From contig NC_043000.1 of assembly GCF_006345805.1 (NCBI RefSeq), positions 100,192,001 to 100,256,000 of the forward strand: 64,000 bases of DNA, read 5' to 3'. The translations under genes were made by a program, and so were the position numbers. This DNA comes from Octopus sinensis (taxonomy: Eukaryota). Below are positions 1-13,190 of this stretch, in pieces; positions within the stretch are counted from its first letter, which is position 1, and every line of letters begins with the position of its first letter. The notes under the pieces were generated by a model, which was not told the origin of the DNA, made no database searches, and saw only the letters and a list, made by a program, of their open reading frames with translations.

Positions 1-222
1 AGTCGGAACCCAAAATGATTCCGTGTGTCCAAGAACAATAGCATAAGATGTCCGACTGACTTGGCTGACTTTAGCCAAAATAAGGTTAGTGAAATACTGT
101 AATGGAATAATAGAATAATGTAATAATGGAATAATGCTAGGTACGTTATTGATTGGTTCGGTTCGGTCGCTGGCGTAACCAATAAGTTCTTTCTGTCTTA
201 AAACGTGCGCATTCAGTGAGAC

Positions 223-553
223 AATGATGACGGTGGTTGTGGTGATAACAGTGGTTGTTTGTGGTTAAGGATGTGGTGACGGTGTTGATGGTGGTGTTGG
301 TGGTGGTGATGGTGGCAGTAGTGGCCGTAGTTGTTGTTGTTGTTGTTGTGGTGGTGGTGGTGGTGGTGTTAACGGTGACGGTTGCTATTATTGTGTAAAC
401 TGTGTTGTCGGTGTTGGTGGTGGTGATGATGTGGTTGTGAAGACCGTTGTTGCTGTGGTCGTGATTGCTGTTGTTATTGTTGTTGTTTTTGCTGTTGTTG
501 TTGTTGTTGTTGCTGTGGTGGTGGTGGTGGTGTGGTGGTGGTGGTGGTGGTAG
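223..553. repeat. Compound (GGT/GTT/GAT)n trinucleotide microsatellite
   Basis: Runs of gtggtggtg and gttgttgtt seen directly. Confidence 0.9.
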
Positions 554-632
554 TGAAGGTATCAGCTATTTTGCTACGTGTTCTGTGAATATTTTCTTCT
601 AATTCAGTGTAACAAAGTAAAACACGATGGGT

Positions 633-790
633 GCAAGCATGGAAGATGTGATTAATAAGTTCACTTTTAAATTACATGGTTCTAGGTTCAATTCTACCTC
701 AAAGCGCGTAAGCCAACAACTGACGTTTAGTCTTGCCGTGTGTCGACCAAATCCTTATGAGTGAATTTGGGTAGACAGAAACTGGGTGGT
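633..790 (+). mobile_element. Degenerate tRNA-derived SINE
   Basis: B-box-like ggttcaattc. Body gaccaaatccttatgagtgaatttgggtagacagaaactg matches the minus-strand copy at 23413-23583. Confidence 0.55.
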
Positions 791-1371
791 AACGCTGGGT
801 TGAATGTAAAATAGGTACCCAGCTACCTGGTTATAAACCACCACCCAATTTTGTTCACACAAGCATTCATAGTTCACAGGTTACTCACTATCTCAGTGTT
901 TTGATTACTACCTTACCAGCCTGTGATATTTGGTTTCTTCTTTCCTTTCATACTTCATAAATATTGAAGACTTTGTAAACAATCATAACCGCTCGCCCAC
1001 CTATTCTAACTAAATCATTAAGTCAAAAACTCAGGAGTGAGAAAGACTAAGAGAAAGAGCGATAAAGTTAAGATGGAGTGAGAGTTGAAACAGCGAAACG
1101 CTTTTTTTATATTCCCATGTTATTCACCGGACTCAATAATGTCGGGTTATTTTGCACAAAATCTTTAAGCAAAAAGAAGTGGTTGGTTACTTATCGCTAG
1201 CAGGATGGATTATGACTACATATACAAACAGCTATCATATATACTCCTATGTTGTGCGCTGGGCTCTATAAAGCCGAATCAGTTTACACAGAAGTCTTTC
1301 AACAAAATAAGTGGTTAGTTACATAACGCTAATTTGATAGGCTATTACTACATATACAGGTTATATATATA

Positions 1372-1990
1372 CTAGTGTACCCGTGCCATCAGAAATGACT
1401 GCATGAAAATAATATGGAAAATAAATTTTAAATAAAAACATTACAACCTTTATCTCGGTAATTACCTCAATACCACGTTTCTAGTGAAAACCCTACCAGC
1501 AATGAGTTCGCCTTGTTTTCAGTATTAATTAATTCTTACATTCTTCTTCTCAATGTTCTCTCTCTTTCGATTTCTCTCCTTTGTGTTGCTTCCTCTTCCG
1601 TTTTATCTTGTCACCTTTGCGATGCTCTTGTTCTTAGATATTCTCTCCTCACTGCTGCTTGCTCTTCTGTTTCATCTCGGCGCTTTTGTGCTGCTCTCTC
1701 CCTCTCTCTATTTGGATATCTCCCCTTTGTGCAATTTGGTGTTCCTTTTCCTTTTGACGTCTTCGAGCCTGTCTTCTTGCATCTTGTGCTCATCTCTCTT
1801 GTCTCACTTCTTGTGATTGATTTAATAACCTTAATGTATTGTTTAATCTTCTTGCGGCCAGTTCTTCCTGAGCGAGACTGGCTGTTCTTCGCCTTTGTCT
1901 CTCTCTCTCTGGCTAACCGTTGCTTTCTGTCTGATTTATTCTCCATAGTAGGTGGACGAGTATATTTAATACAACAGAACACAAACTTCA
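1372..1990 (-). mobile_element. Helitron remnant: 3' terminus plus decayed STPR-like repeats; 5' end not found
   Basis: Minus strand ends ...gtcat-ttctg-atggc-acgggtaca-CTAG|T (hairpin, CTAG, T target). Minus-strand translation gives ETEEQAAVRREYLRTRASQR*QD-KTEEEATQRRE, a 23-aa period typical of STPR repeats. Confidence 0.6.
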
Positions 1991-2150
1991 AAACAAATAA
2001 ATATATTTGTGTGTGTGTATGTGTGTGTGCACGTGCGTTAGTTTGTTTCTATTTCTATACGTAACCATACAAAGTCTAAAATTACACAGAATTATATTAA
2101 CGGCATACACACTGAGACATTATTTTTTTCCAGCAACGTCTACGCGTTCT

Positions 2151-2168
2151 CTTATCTCTGTCTGTCTG

Positions 2169-2245
<77 letters not shown>

Positions 2246-2250
2246 CTCTC
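2151..2250. repeat. (CT)n microsatellite
   Basis: Long ctctct run. Confidence 0.95.
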
Positions 2251-2670
2251 CCTTTACCACCTGAAACGGCAAAAGATCTTGAAGACAAATTTCACCGCCT
2301 TCTCAAAATTCTTCATTCATAAATATTTACAAACATCACTGTAGCGGCAAGTGTTTGTAAATACTTATAATTACCTTCCTTTTATATTTAGCTTTCTTTA
2401 AACAGACAATATTATCAAGCTTTCTTTCAATAGACAATATTTTAATTTTATGACTTAAAAATGACTACTTATTTACTTATCTTATATTCTATTAACTTTG
2501 CAACTTTTTAAGCAGAAAAATCTTCCAGAATAGTCAAACATCCATAGAGATGCAGAAAAAATAATTTTGAGGTGCAAAAATCTTATTTACTTATTTTATA
2601 TATTGTTATATAATTAATGTTTACCTGAAAAAAAAATCAGCGTTCATCGAATAAGAATGAATATGTTGTT

Positions 2671-3196
2671 GAAGAGAGAGAGAGAGAGAGAGAGAATAGA
2701 GAGAGAATAGAGAGAGTGAGTGAAAGAGAGAGTGAAAGAGAGAGAGAGAGAATAGAGTGAGAGTGAGTGAAAGAGAGAAAGAGAGAATAGAGAGAGAGTG
2801 AGTGAAAGAGAGAAAGAGAGAATAGAGAGAGAGTGAGTGAAAGAGAGAAAGAGAGAATAGAGAGAGAGTGAGTGAAAGAGAGAAAGAGAGAATAGAGAGA
2901 GAGTGAGTGAAAGAGAGAGAGAGAATAGAGAAAGAGTGAGTGAAAGAGAGAAAGAGAGAATAGAGAGAGAGTGAGTGAAAGAGAGAAAGAGAGAATAGAG
3001 AGAGAGTGAGTGAAAGAGAGAAAGAGAGAATAGAGAGAGAGTGAGTGAAAGAGAGAAAGAGAGAATAGAGAGAGAGTGAATGAAAGAGAGAAAGAGAGAA
3101 TAGAGAGAGAGAGTGAGAGTGAGTGAGTGAAAGAGAGAGAGAGAGAAGATGTGAGAGAAAGAAAAAGAGAGAGGGTGTGAGAGAAAGAGAGAGAGA
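2671..3196. repeat. Purine-rich ~35-bp minisatellite (aatagagagagagtgagtgaaagagagaaagagag)n
   Basis: aatag recurs at a 35-nt period (e.g. 2821 and 2856); about a dozen near-identical units. Confidence 0.9.
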
Positions 3197-3574
3197 GGCG
3201 CTATTTGATGCACTCCCTCTCTCATTGTTATTACCATTTTGTCTCCTCTTTTGTTACTCTTACTTACTCTACTACTCCTTTATTGCGTGATTTTGGACAA
3301 ACTTACAAACAAGCTCATTATTATAATAGATTATCCTTACATAAAAAGTAGAACTGACTAACTTTATTAAAAATGTTCATTCATTTTCTTTTACAGTTTT
3401 GTTACTGTGCTGTAAATATTCAATATTGATTACATGCATTTAAAATTTATGTTAACAAAACAAAAACAGCCAGTATGATGTAGTAGCGTATAAAATGCTT
3501 TTGTCACTTAACTTATGTTATATACTTACAAATAACCAATTAAGCAAGTTGCCTCACCTAGATCCGATATTTAC

Positions 3575-3627
<53 letters not shown>

Positions 3628-3628
<1 letters not shown>

Positions 3629-4232
3629 TGACAAATGGTATAAACACCATCCTGAAGCTGTGACTGAGGGAGAAAATGTGTCGATTCTATGGGACTTGCC
3701 CGTACATACCGACAAAATTATAAAAGCTAATAAACCGGATATTATTATAAAAGATCAGACAAAAAAGGTGTGTTTATTAATTGACATGAGTATTCCTTGC
3801 GATCACAATATAGCGGCGAAAGAATTTGACAAGATCAGTAAATATAAAGACTTGCTAATAGAAATTGAAAAAAAAATGTGGCATCTCAAGGCGACTATAG
3901 TACCAGTGATTGTAGGATCACTAATAATGATTTTAAAAAAAGGCCCTGAAACCTATTTGAAAATGATACCAGACTTTCCATCCCTACAGGAAGTGCAAAA
4001 AATCGTGTTAAATGGAACGACTCATGTACTGAGAAGAGCATTATCGCTGTAAAAACAACAGCCATTCATGAATTTATTTATTCAATAATTTTTTAAATGC
4101 ATATTTTTACCTGTGAATTTGCGTGTGTAATCTGGGAATGCATACAATGAGCTTCTCTGCCCTAGGTGTAGGGAAAACACTCGACGAGAAACGGAAGAAA
4201 ATTTGAAGAAAGAAGAAAAAAAAATAATAAAG
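3628..4232 (+). mobile_element. 5'-truncated R4/Dong(NeSL)-like non-LTR retrotransposon: restriction-like endonuclease domain and 3' UTR, following an (AAT)n tract
   Basis: ORF 3660-4052 WDLPVHTDKIIKANKPDIII...LLIDMSIP...KYKDL is an RLE PD-(D/E)xK-type domain. Preceded by (AAT)n at 3577-3627 and ends in an A/AAT tail near 4230. Confidence 0.8.
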
Positions 4233-5130
4233 ATTGCCTTAATGGAAGAATAATACCAGATTGAATGACTAGAGGGAGCATAATACTCCATATGAAAGAT
4301 AAAAACAAGAGTAATACAGCTAGCAATTATAGACCAATCACTTGTATACCATTAGCGAGGAAGCTGTTAACAGGAATGCTTTCAGAAAGCATTAACGAGC
4401 ACCTTGACAACCAGAGTTTACTGCCAGAAGAACAGAAGGGTTACAGGAAAACGGGCTAGAGGAACGTACGATCTATTATACATAGATAAAGCAGTTCTAA
4501 ATTAAGTAAAAGCTACAAAGAAAAATATATGGATAGATTATAAGAAAGCCTATGACATAAGCCCACGCTCATGGATAAGTGAATGTTTGAATATATTCAG
4601 CATAGTAGACAACATACGAGAATTAACTAGCTGTAGCATGAAGAAATGGAAAGTAGATCTCAACTCAGGTGACACAGTCTTAGGAAAAATTAATATCAAG
4701 AAAGGAATTTTCCAAGGAGACTCGTTATTCCCTTTAATATTTGTCTTATGCTTCATCTCCATCAGTTTAGTATTAAGGAAGGCAAAGGTTGGGTATCAGT
4801 TCAGAAATAATACGAGGAAAATTAACCATTTGCTCTACATGGATGATCTGAAGCTTTTTTAGTAAGAATATGAGAAAGAGATAGATTCATTAATACAGAC
4901 TCTTCAGCAAAGATATAGACATGGAATTTGGCATAGATAAATGTGCAATATTAGTCATGAGAAGGGAACAGGTAGAATTATTGAAAGGTGGAGAGAGTTA
5001 TAAGTATCTAGGAGTATTAAAATCTGACAGAGTACTAACTACAGAAATGAAAACGCACAGGAGTACATCAGAAATATCAAGACTGTGGCAAGAAAAAACA
5101 TTGCATAGGCAATACTCCAAACGACCTGAG
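4233..5130 (+). mobile_element. Frameshifted R4/Dong-like reverse transcriptase fragment
   Basis: Motifs NYRPITC, WIDYKKAYD..PHSWI, GIFQGDSL.PL.F and HLLYMDDLKLF are spread across several frames with stops. Confidence 0.85.
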
Positions 5131-5190
5131 GAAGCTGATGTAGATAGGAAAAAAACCCATCAGTGACGGCGGAGTATATATATATATAGA

Positions 5191-5273
<83 letters not shown>

Positions 5274-5489
5274 CAAATAGTGAGAAATTATCAATCCAAA
5301 CAAAATATTTTATAAGCTTTCTGTTGGCACACCAGGCTAACAATATTACTTAGATTAGTGAAGAACTCCATGTAACCTTGTAATAGAGTCCAAGGTTATG
5401 GTTCCTCACAATTCTATATTATAACCAGTTTATACAAATATACACACACACACACACACTTGCTTCTGAATATTGGTGTTTGTCAAATA

Positions 5490-5680
5490 TCCACCGCCGT
5501 TTGCAACCGGTGTTGGTTTGTTTACGTATTAGTAATCTAGCGGTTCGGTTAAAGGGCCCGCTGGAATAAGTAGCAAGCTTAAGAAAAATATTTACTAGTG
5601 TCGATTTGTTCGGCTAAATCCTTCCAGGCGATGCCCTAGTACGGCTGCTTTCCAATGACTGAAACCAATAAGATAAATAA
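5490..5680 (+). mobile_element. Degenerate SINE 3' half
   Basis: Similar to the copies at 12020-12190 and 40550-40760 (gaataagtac...gtcgattt...aatgactgaaac). Confidence 0.6.
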
Positions 5681-6145
5681 TAAAGAAATATACAAATGTG
5701 TGTGTATGTGTGTACGTCTGTGCAACTATGCATATTCATGTATGTATGTATGTGGGTCTGTTTATCTATGCACGATTCAATACTTATCATTCTTGTATAA
5801 TGTTGTTCTTGTTGCTACAAGAACATTATGCAAAATAATAGATAAATATTTAAAAAATAATACATACGAAGTGACAAAAAAGTATTTGGAATATTCATAT
5901 AAACTTTAACTAAGTATGCACACGATGAGATATTGCGTCTCAAATGCCTAATTTCTGTATTTATTTTATTTTTGTTATTATTCATTTTTGTTCCCTCCAT
6001 TCCAAACCAGTAACTCAACTCACTGACTTTTCGGTTTCAAAAGAGCTTTCTATGGAGAAGTCTTTCAGCAGAAAGATTTATTGATTGTTCCCGAATGTTG
6101 GTTCTATATCGAGAAATCCGATCTGCTGCTCTGCTATGAAATATG

Positions 6146-6445
<300 letters not shown>

Positions 6446-6723
6446 CGGACGTGCATATAAATATACAAGTGGGTGGATACAAGAAAGCGGGTACTATCAC
6501 TTTGGGTCACGCAGCGATAACTACGAATAAGTATGTGGCCATAAAAACCGAAAATTTCCTCATCTCACGCAGGCAAAACAGATACACCTATGCGTATGTA
6601 TACGTGCGCGTTTATATATATATATATATATATAATGTACATACATATACATGTGTTTATTCCTCTCTCTCTCTCTCCCACACACTCTTCCACCTGCCTC
6701 TCACACTCCCACTGCCTCTATGA

Positions 6724-6789
<66 letters not shown>

Positions 6790-7317
6790 CTAGAGAGAGA
6801 GATGCAAACATACGTGTGTATTCATCTCTCTCCCTCCCTCTTGCCCTCCCTCTCTTTCTCTCTGTATGTATATATATACTTATAAATATAAATCCCCCTC
6901 TCTCTCTCCTCTCCCCCTCTGTGTCTCAGAGATAGAATGCAAAGAAAAGAGAAAAAAAAACGATAATGTAAGAGTGTGTTGAGGAGAGTGGGTATATCTG
7001 AGTTTTATTATAAGATTAGTGATCTATCTTTATCAACCACATCCACTTCATTCCTATGGAAATTTGCTGCTTCTTCTCTATACTGAAAACCATAAAACTG
7101 TATGTATAGCTAGGATCAAAGTTTATGAATGTAAAAGAGTAATTTTATCACTACATATACACACACACACGCAAAAACACACACAATATTTTACGTAGTC
7201 ATACTAGCATACACACACTCATGCACCCATCTCAATATAAGCGTGAGTGCGTGTGTGTACGCGTGTGTATGCCTGTGAACATTAGCTCCTCTATTATTCA
7301 TAGTGGTGTATGTAAAC

Positions 7318-7377
<60 letters not shown>

Positions 7378-7384
7378 ACATATA

Positions 7385-8636
7385 CAGTGGTTGAACAAAA
7401 TAATGGAAACGCCTTAAAATTCCAAACAAATTTATTTTAATATGGAGTAGGACCGCCTTTGGCAGTAATTACAGCTTGAATTCTATGAGGTATTGAGCTC
7501 GTACAAAGTTTGAATTGTTTCCAAAGGAATTTTGGTCCATTCTTCAGCTAAAACTGTCTCCAGTTCTTGTGGTGATGATAATGAAGGATATCGACTCTTT
7601 ACTTGTTTTTGTAAAATGCACCATAAATGTTCAATAATATTGAGATCTGGGGACTGTGGTGGCCAGATAAGATGTTCAACTTCACTAGAATGCTCCTTGT
7701 GCTATTTAGTAACGGCTTTAGCTGTGTGAATCGGTGCATTTTCATCCTGAAAGATTGCGTTTCCCTCCAGAAACAGGATGAATTTGATCAGATAAAATGT
7801 TTAAATAGTCTTGACTATTAATTCTGCCATGAAGGGAAACCATTGGGCCAGCGGATTTCCAAGATATATCCCCTCAGATCATCACAGATCCTCCTCCATG
7901 TTTAACAGTTTGAAGAAGGCAGTCTGGGTCAAATGCTTCTTTTGGCTGTCTTCACACGTATAGTCGGCCGGTGGTCGGAAATAGGGTAAAGGATGACTCG
8001 TCCGAGAAAATAACATTCTTCCACTGTTCTAAGGAGCAATTCTGTAGGTTTTTACTCCACTCTAAATGATTTGATTTTGAAAGTAGTGGTTTTCTGATTG
8101 TAGCCCTCCCTTGGAATCCGGCTTTGTGCATCTCCTGATGAAGAGTTTTTGTGGAAACTGGGTTCTCGAGATGACCATTAAGCTCTGCAGAAATTTTGGG
8201 ACCTGTAATTTTATGATCCTTCCTAACAATTCGCGTAAGAGCCCGACGGCCCCTATTTGAAAGTTTTGGTTTTCTTCTGGAGTTTTGTTTCGACGAGAAG
8301 GTTTTTTTCCCTCTTTCTCAAAGGCTGTCATTACTTTTGATACAGTACTTCTTGATACACCAAACATTTCGGCTGTTTTCGTTATGCTAGCGCCTACAAT
8401 ACGAGCACCAACAATTTGACCTCTTTGAAAGTCCGATATATCTGTCATTTTAATGAATTTTAATTACCTTTTCCTGGTGATATCTGAAAAGAAGCAGCAA
8501 TTTTAACAAAACATATTAAGCAACACTAATAAAAATAAAAAAACATGAAAATAAACAAGCTTTTGATGGTTTTATAGATATTTCAAGATTACGATGCTAT
8601 GATGTTAGGTGTTTCCATTATTTTGTTCAACTCCTG
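7385..8636 (-). mobile_element. Full-length Tc1-family DNA transposon (~1.25 kb) with a disabled transposase
   Basis: TIRs cag(t/g)(g/a)gttgaacaaaataatggaaac(g/a)cc at both ends, TA on the left. Minus-strand ATG at 8448 (MTDISDFQRGQIVGAR...). Downstream motifs FSDES, KHGGGSVMIWG, WPPQSPDLNIIEHLW and AKGGPTPY, with stops and frameshifts. Confidence 0.92.
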
Positions 8637-10111
8637 TGAATATGCATATATGTATGTATGTATGTATGTATTTATGTATGTATGTATGTATGTATGTATG
8701 TATGCATGTATGTATGTATGTATGTATGCATGTAGAAACGCCCAATAGAAATGCCCAATAATATCCTCTTATAGAAATTCCGAGATGTCTAGCTATCGTT
8801 ACAGGCAGTCATTCATCTCGGGAAATGTTTGGTTTTATATATCGAGCCCTGCAGTACATCAACCTTTGGTCAAGTAATATCCCATAGAATTTAATAGTTG
8901 GAATTTAGGGTTTGCAATATTTTTAACTATGGAAAGTACTTTTACCCTTATCGATAATTAATGAGTAGTTTTACTAGCGGCTTCTTTCACATTTCTTTTC
9001 ATGACACGTATCTAAAGACTTACGCTGTATGTGATTGAATAGCATTATATATGTGTCTGTGTTCATGCATCCGTGCATGCATGCGTGCGCAAGTATGTGT
9101 GTGTTGAGTCGAAACAGGGGCAACTGAAGAAGGGGGATGTTCCTTGTGTTGTTTGTCTTGTACTCTGTTTTTTTTTCGTTGTTAAAAAAGTCCGTTTCCT
9201 TGTTTGGTTTTATGTTTTCGTTTCTCGTTGTGTTCTACGTTTATTTGTGGTGTCCTGTACTCATATATGCATGTATATATACATATAGATGTAGGTATGT
9301 ACATATATGTATGTATGCATATGTTTTATTTATTAAATTGTTATTATATGATCGAACACCACGCATCGTTTTCTTCTTCTTCCAAGTAAGTTATATATAT
9401 ATATATATATATATATATACAAATACATATATAGAATATACAAAAATGGGATAGAATGCAAGACATCCAGACAGTTAGGCGATACAAAAAAAGGGACAAC
9501 AAAACACCCAGACAGACAATACAAGGAAAACAAGGGGGGGTCATTCGGAGTTTTCTATCATCAGTCGAGTTCCCGATTATCTTTTCAATTTCGGCTGGTT
9601 ATACTCAAAACTGCTCCAATCTGGCCAGCCCCAACGAAAAACTAAGCTAAGAGCATTAGATTCCTTGAAAGAAAGCAGCGAATGTATAAGAAAACAAGGA
9701 CGGGAAAAAAACGGAGAAATGTTACACAAATACAAATGCAAATAACAGGACATCACAACAGGCGTAAATTAAGCTGACGTGTGAGGGAGTAAAGCCATAC
9801 GGCAGGGACATACGATTAGACAGGCACAGGGGGGAATATAGATGTTGCACGGATGGTTGTCAAACCAAGAAAGAGAGGTCAGGCTTGGCCGAACATCGGT
9901 CACGTGGAGAGAGAAGAGAGAGATGTTGAGGCAGACGGATAGAAGAATTAAGGAGTGGCGAGAAAAAATAAAAGGGACACGGTGAAGTGAAAGAGGAGGG
10001 AAAGTGAGCATGAAGAGAAGGCCAGGAAATGTGAGAGAGGGGGAACGAAAGAACGAAGAGTGGAATGAACGAAGTGTGAAGGGCTGATAGAAAGAAGGAA
10101 AGAATGATTCG

Positions 10112-10171
<60 letters not shown>

Positions 10172-10226
10172 GCAAATTTACATATGTGTGTATAATTACA
10201 TATATGCATATTTATGCAAATATATA

Positions 10227-10335
10227 TATATAAGAAAAATGGACAGGCAACAGGTTGCTTGACCGCATTGACTGCTATTTCTACTTTTTCGGTATGCGGT
10301 CAAGCAACCTGTTGCCTGTCCATTTTTCTTATATA
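10227..10335. repeat. Perfect 42-bp inverted repeat with a 25-nt spacer
   Basis: 10227-10268 is the exact reverse complement of 10294-10335. Confidence 0.9.
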
Positions 10336-10455
10336 CAATATATATACTGAACTTTACAGAAGTTCCTACTGTTAATCGGCTATATTTACATACCGAATTC
10401 TACCAGTAAATAATTGTGGTCTTTTTTTAAAAACCATTATAGAAATTATTTACTC

Positions 10456-10506
<51 letters not shown>

Positions 10507-11375
10507 TATATATAATATATATATGTACACATACGCGCGTACGTACATACATACATGCATACACACATACATGCACACACACTTTTACACTCGCACACTC
10601 ATTCACACACATACATACACACACAATATCACACACACACACACAAACAAACAAACAAACGGGTATGCGAACAACGCATACATATAACATATATATAGTA
10701 TAGGATTTTGTGTATGCTTGCTTTCCCAAATTATTTCTGCTTTCCGTTCCTTCCTCTCGCAAATTCCCTTACACTACCCCGCAACCCCACCACCACCACC
10801 ACCACCACCATCGATACTATCATATCAAAGATCTGAAAGATCTAAGAGTCTGTGGCGACATGTAACTTGACTGCTAAAAGTCATGGTATCATAGATAAAT
10901 TGATTCTTCTTGGAACATTCTTCTTATAGATATATCTCTACCGCCACCTATGCAAGCCATAATACAAAGCACAAACAACGGAGTGTGTCAATGGCTGCCC
11001 AACCAGTGTGGTTGCATCTCCGTCGCGGCTAGAACTTCTAAAAAAATTAGTCAACGACTGAGCCTTAACATGGCTCCCTCGTGGCTCCTTCGTGTATCTC
11101 TCTTTGTTTACTGTTTGGCTACATATATTCGACCTACGAGAACAGCGGCGAACGGAAGAGAGGGGGGTATCTGGTACGTGACATCTCGACCTGGTAGAAA
11201 TAGCAGGCAAATATGCCCAACATCACACTGTACTCTTAATAAAAAAAAAGTAAAATTTATCCTAGATACATTATGTCTGAGTGAAAGACGGGATGGATAC
11301 AACTTGAATGGTTTTTATCGTAGATCTGCATGACAGCGCTGACCCGAGGCTTAACATTAACCATAACATTATACG

Positions 11376-11444
<69 letters not shown>

Positions 11445-11463
11445 GGATGGATGGATGGATTGT

Positions 11464-11544
<81 letters not shown>

Positions 11545-11546
<2 letters not shown>

Positions 11547-11700
11547 GTTTCTTTATTGGCCACACAGGGCTGCACACAGATGGGACAAGTTACAAGGTAG
11601 AGCTTTTCTTTTGGGGGATGAAAAAATCAAAAAACAAAAGAAACAAAAAAAAGCTGGCGTAGGTTTTCGATCAAAAGGGATCGTAAAAGGGAAAAAGAAG
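11545..11700 (-). mobile_element. Probable 3' end of a Tx1/L1-type LINE abutting (ATCT)n
   Basis: Minus strand ends tgtggccaataaagaaa then microsatellite, like the LINE end at 14918 (tgtggccaacaaagaaa). Confidence 0.45.
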
Positions 11701-11811
11701 AACAAAAAAAATTATAAAAATATAAAAAAATAAAAAATAAAATAAAATAAAAAAAATAAAAAGAAGAAAAGGAAAAGGAACAAAAGAAAAGTGAAATGAA
11801 AAAAGAAGAAA

Positions 11812-11894
<83 letters not shown>

Positions 11895-12019
11895 TAAATG
11901 CATATAAGTATTATAATATGATATAAATGTTAATAAATATAATATAACGTTGTGAGTGGATTATGCTAGACGGAAACTGAAAGGAGTCCGTCTATATATT
12001 TGCCCACGACAACCGCTGC

Positions 12020-12190
12020 TGGTGTGTTTCCTTCCCCCGTAACTTAGCGTTTCGGCAAAATAAACCGATAGAATAAGTACTAGGCTTAAAAAGAATAAGT
12101 CCTGGGGTCGAATTCTTCGACCAAAACCTTTAAGGCGGTGATCCAGCATGGCCGCAGTCAAATGACTGAAGTATGTAAAAGAATGAAAGA
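12020..12190 (+). mobile_element. SINE 3' half
   Basis: aaccgatagaataagtactaggctt...cagcatggccgcagtcaaatgactgaa is shared with other copies in the window. Confidence 0.75.
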
Positions 12191-12209
12191 AAAGTGAAAG
12201 AATGTGGGT

Positions 12210-12328
12210 GAAGTCACGTGGCCTAGTGGCTAGGGTTGCACTCACGATCGCCAGGTCATAGTTTCGATTTCCAGACCGGGTAGTGTGTTGTGTTCTTGAG
12301 CAAAACACTTTATTTCATATTGCTCTAG
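12210..12328 (+). mobile_element. tRNA-head SINE 5' part (CORE/Meta-like central domain)
   Basis: A box tggcctagtggctag, B box gtttcgatttcc, then tgtgttcttgagcaaaacact; matches 49104-49337. Confidence 0.75.
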
Positions 12329-12979
12329 TGTTGTGTGGAGACTGCCAAAGAATAGACCCAATGTTTCCTCCACGTGTGGTAAAAAGCGACTTATAGAGGT
12401 TTGATGTAGGATTTGCACTCCGGCCTCGTAAAGCCCTCACCAACAACGATTGCCCAACCAGACCCATGGGTTGGTGTTTTGTCGCCCGAGTTTCGCAAAA
12501 GTGTTCATCCGCGAGGAGTAGGGAATTGCCAACAAATAGTGAGTGGAGCGACGTGTGTGTGTGTGTGTGTGTGTAAATTTAAATATAACGCATGCGCAGC
12601 GATAACAGGTTTTATTATTTTATTATTGTTTTAAGTAACACTCATTAATTTTGCAGGTCTATTCCCAGAGTTTTGAGATCGATGTGAGTGATATAGGCGA
12701 AACCACTTAATAATAGTTACTAACACAAAGACAAAACCTCACTTGGAAATGGATTGTATTGTGGATTAACTCGATCCTAGTATTTGACTGGTGCTTGTGT
12801 CATTGCATGCGCAGAAAGATGAAAAACATAACTGCCTTTGGTGGGATTCGAACTCAAAACAAAAATGCTAATTAAGCATTTTGAGACATTTAATCCAGAA
12901 GTTTATGTATGGATTCTGCTAGTCACCGTTCTTTAGATAAAGGTCAAATCTTTATATACAAAAGTAAAATGTATGCATA

Positions 12980-13190
12980 TTGGTTTCAAATTTTGGCACA
13001 AGGCAAGCAATTTCAGCAGCGGTGGGGAGTAAATCGATTACATCGACCCCAGTGTTCAACTGATACTTATTTTATCGAACTCGAAAAGCTGAAATGCAAA
13101 ATCAACTTCGGTGGAATTATGTAAAGATGGATAAAATGCCGCTAAGCATTTTTCCCGCTGTACTAACGATTCTGTCAGCTCGCCGCCTTA
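12980..13190 (-). mobile_element. Degenerate tRNA-derived SINE (aaggcggcgagctggcagaa family)
   Basis: Reverse complement of the family head; plus strand ends gctcgccgcctt. Confidence 0.75.

Noticed and set aside
2320-2367. Short AT-rich hairpin (16-bp arms)
   Set aside because: Short and AT-rich, so plausible by chance or as a TE remnant.
9545-9570. Exact CUGAUGA hammerhead core on the minus strand
   Set aside because: Stem II is only 2 bp, GAAA is replaced by GAAU and no stem I is evident.
11070-11180. MAPSWLLRVSLFVYCLATYIRP... as the missing signal-peptide exon
   Set aside because: Available donors are phase 1 or 2. Joining the phase-2 donor to the 33694 acceptor gives TG+A, a stop. It would need an unlikely downstream acceptor.
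12657-12683. 27-nt micro-exon candidate (ttgcag|VYSQSFEID|gtgagt)
   Set aside because: Good splice signals, but no supporting partner exon or homology; such matches are expected by chance in 64 kb.
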